Assembly (NCBI GenBank): GCA_000002445.1
Contig: CM000207.1
Span: 128,001-192,000, forward strand
Length of the DNA stretch: 64,000 nucleotides
DNA from: Trypanosoma brucei
Lineage: Eukaryota
Reading direction: 5' to 3'
The notes under the pieces were generated by a model. That model was given only the letters and a program-made list of their open reading frames with translations, ran no database searches and had not been told where the DNA came from. The translations under genes were made by a program, and so were the position numbers. This document shows positions 61,971-64,000 of this stretch, piece by piece. The first letter of the stretch is position 1. Each line of letters opens with the position of its first letter.

Positions 61971-63201
61971 GTGGTGAAGACGGAGTAGAAGGTTTATTAG
62001 TGGAACTTGAGACAATGGCATGGGTGTTATTTGTACAGGTGGGTGAGTGGGGGTGTGAGAGAATACGAGAAATTTTATTGACGGAGACCCGGAGAGACAA
62101 AGAAGAATGGAGATAGAACTTGAGATTTTTCGGATGCATAAAATGATTATGAGAATTATTATACAAAATGAAATTATTGAGGGTATGGTAACAGAGAAGC
62201 ATGATCTGTTTTTTCAGTTTAATGGAGTCCCTAGCTCACATACAGCAGCAACTAGAGGAAAGAAAAACAAAGGAAGAAACATGATAAAACCGTAGGATAA
62301 CGCCCAGTACAGCATAGAACAAAGAATTATCATACATCAAGATGAACATGAGTCGGTTACTCAAAGCATTTTACTGAAAATGAATAGATGCCACCGCTAA
62401 GATGGTAGTGGATGTGGATTTCATCCTGATAGTGAATCCAAAATACGAGAATGAAGTTTAGCAGACGCTGCTCATTCAAAAAATAACTGCAGGTGTTAGA
62501 GGAAGCAAAAAGGGTTTAAAACAAAATTTTTATAAATAAAGACAAAACTGAATATATTTTAATAGAAATTTGTAGTTTGGAGTTTATGTTACAAAGAAAG
62601 CTGTTTCTTGTCGCCAATTGTTTATACACCAAAAGGATCTCTCATACAACAAGCAGTCCACCAGCATCCTTACAAACAAAAAAGACAATATATACCCAAA
62701 CAGAATTGAAAAAGTGACGTAAACTGTGTGGCACAAGAAATTAAAAGTTTAGCTTCGGTTATTGCCAATAAACCTCAAAGTAACAGCGCAAGATCAATAA
62801 AATTAACTGGAAAGCAACTGCACTTTAGTTAGTGGTTGGTTTTAAAAAACGGATAAATCAGCTGCTAAACTTGTACTACGCGCCAGAGCGACTGAGGAAG
62901 ATGTTCCCGCAACGTTGTAAGCTAGGAAGCTAAGAAGCTGAGGGAAATTTAACAAAGAGAGGGCTGCGACGAATAAAAGGAGGAAAACAAATGAATAAAG
63001 ATGTTGCATTTGGAGTAAAAATGCGAACCATATAATAGTTGAGAAACGAAGTAAAAATACTAACTATCCACTCCCTCTGGCAGGGATTTGCGACCAACCT
63101 TCAACCCTACACTGACAACTATAGAGATAAAGTAGCAAAGGCACCAAGCGCCGGGCACAACCGTCAGCAGGCAATAAGACGGGTTCGTAAGCAAGAACAC
63201 C

Positions 63202-64000
63202 ATGACACCGGCGCAGCTGACCCTTTTCTTTCTGCTAGCTGGAGGCGGGTTGCAATCGACGGAAGCGACAGCTCTCGGCGACAACGAAAACACGCCGTAT
63301 TTCAACACACTTTGCAGCATCATCAAAGTAGCAACAACGCCATTGCCAGAGCTCGAAGCCACAGAAGACGTAGCAGAAATCGCAGCACTGGCGCAACTCG
63401 TCAACCTTACGGCAGTAAACCCGGAGGCACTGAAACAAATAGCCGACAAAGCAAAAGCGAAGGACAAAATCAAAGAGGAAGGAACGCCAGCGAACACCTA
63501 CTGCAAAGAAGGCAAAACGACCGTCTGCGAAAAGTTAGCGGAGTTACTTGCAAGCAGTAACGGAGCCAACCTCGAAGCAATAATAAACCAACGACTGTCA
63601 CAGGCGACGCCCGGGCAGCATCTGCTGGAACTCAGCGCAGCGATATCAGCTAAAGTTGCCGAGGCTCAACGACAAGATCCATCGGCCCAAATGAACCTCG
63701 CACGACAAGCACTAAACAACGCACTAGAAGGCAAAGACTCAGGGGACGCGACCGCTGCGGAGCTAACAACGGCAGGCAACCGAGAAGACCAGTGTGGGAA
63801 GCCGCAATCCGGCAGCGAAGCAGCAGGCACGACGGCCGGGGCTTCGCTCGCAAAAGACAGTCTTTGCATGTGTGCTACGACGTCAACAGCCAACAGCCAA
63901 ACCGCATGCGGAACAGACATTCAAGCGAACGGCGCCGCCCAGCTAACCTGGGGAACCGCGTCGACTCAGCACAAACAGTGGGAAAATCTGAAGAACCACT
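63202..64000 (+). CDS. VSG (a-type-like N-terminal domain), 5' part; open to the window end
   Basis: From ATG 63202 (frame 1) the sequence translates without stops to position 64000: 'MTPAQLTLFFLLAGGGLQSTEATALGDNENTPYFNTLCSIIKVATTPLPELEATEDVAEIAALAQLVNLTAVNPEALKQIADKAKAKDK...CMCATTSTANSQTACGTDIQANG'. It is not in the ORF track because it lacks a stop. The ORF-track entry 63039-63560 is a different, non-VSG-like frame. Confidence 0.75.
   Translation, partial: MTPAQLTLFFLLAGGGLQSTEATALGDNENTPYFNTLCSIIKVATTPLPELEATEDVAEIAALAQLVNLTAVNPEALKQIADKAKAKDKIKEEGTPANTYCKEGKTTVCEKLAELLASSNGANLEAIINQRLSQATPGQHLLELSAAISAKVAEAQRQDPSAQMNLARQALNNALEGKDSGDATAAELTTAGNREDQCGKPQSGSEAAGTTAGASLAKDSLCMCATTSTANSQTACGTDIQANGAAQLTWGTASTQHKQWENLKNH

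Noticed and set aside
63039-63560. + strand ORF 63039-63560 (173 aa) from the ORF track
   Set aside because: It is in frame 3 and basic and low-complexity. The VSG-like reading frame is frame 1 from ATG 63202, which runs without stops to the window end.

Overview
This window reads as a subtelomeric VSG (variant surface glycoprotein) gene array from a Trypanosoma brucei-group trypanosome. The basis is, seen directly in the sequence: imperfect 70-bp repeats ((ATR)n runs joined to a 'GGAGAGTGTTGTGAGTGTGT' core) upstream of each VSG cassette; the conserved VSG 3'-UTR 16-mer TGATATATTTTAACAC or close variants downstream of each VSG; VSG-like proteins with an N-terminal signal peptide and a 'NKKF..L......LLF'-type GPI (glycosylphosphatidylinositol) signal; and short interstitial TTAGGG tracts. 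All VSG cassettes are on the + strand. The first ~24 kb holds two apparently intact VSGs (5814-7334 and 8315-9913), at least five VSG pseudogenes or fragments, and two copies of a glycosyltransferase-like gene family lying between a 70-bp repeat and a VSG: one frameshifted (15911-16902) and one intact 350-aa copy with a 'KADDD' DxD motif (58829-59881). A diverged repeated 'X' element sits at 4381-5100 and 17250-17880. Three fossil telomere junctions are present: a VSG 3' end, T-rich DNA, short (TTAGGG)n, then a conserved ~300-bp 'GTGATGCAGCGGC...' element. Two of these are followed by orphan VSG C-terminal fragments. From about 24 to 58 kb the array is interrupted by a non-VSG island. It contains a 5'-truncated ingi/L1Tc-clade retroelement tail (RNase H motif, three C2H2-like zinc fingers, poly(A)). 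It also carries two minus-strand secreted-protein genes: a 360-aa helical protein and a 338-aa small b-type-VSG-like protein with a GPI signal. A possible second retroposon 5' end lies on the minus strand, an acidic signal-peptide/GPI protein pseudogene has a single in-frame stop, and a long stretch is degenerate and ORF-poor. The array resumes at ~58 kb with 70-bp repeat, glycosyltransferase gene, VSG with two in-frame stops, 70-bp repeat, and a VSG that runs off the window end. No rRNA, tRNA or CRISPR features were recognised. Family assignments rest on motif recognition without database searches and are hedged accordingly.
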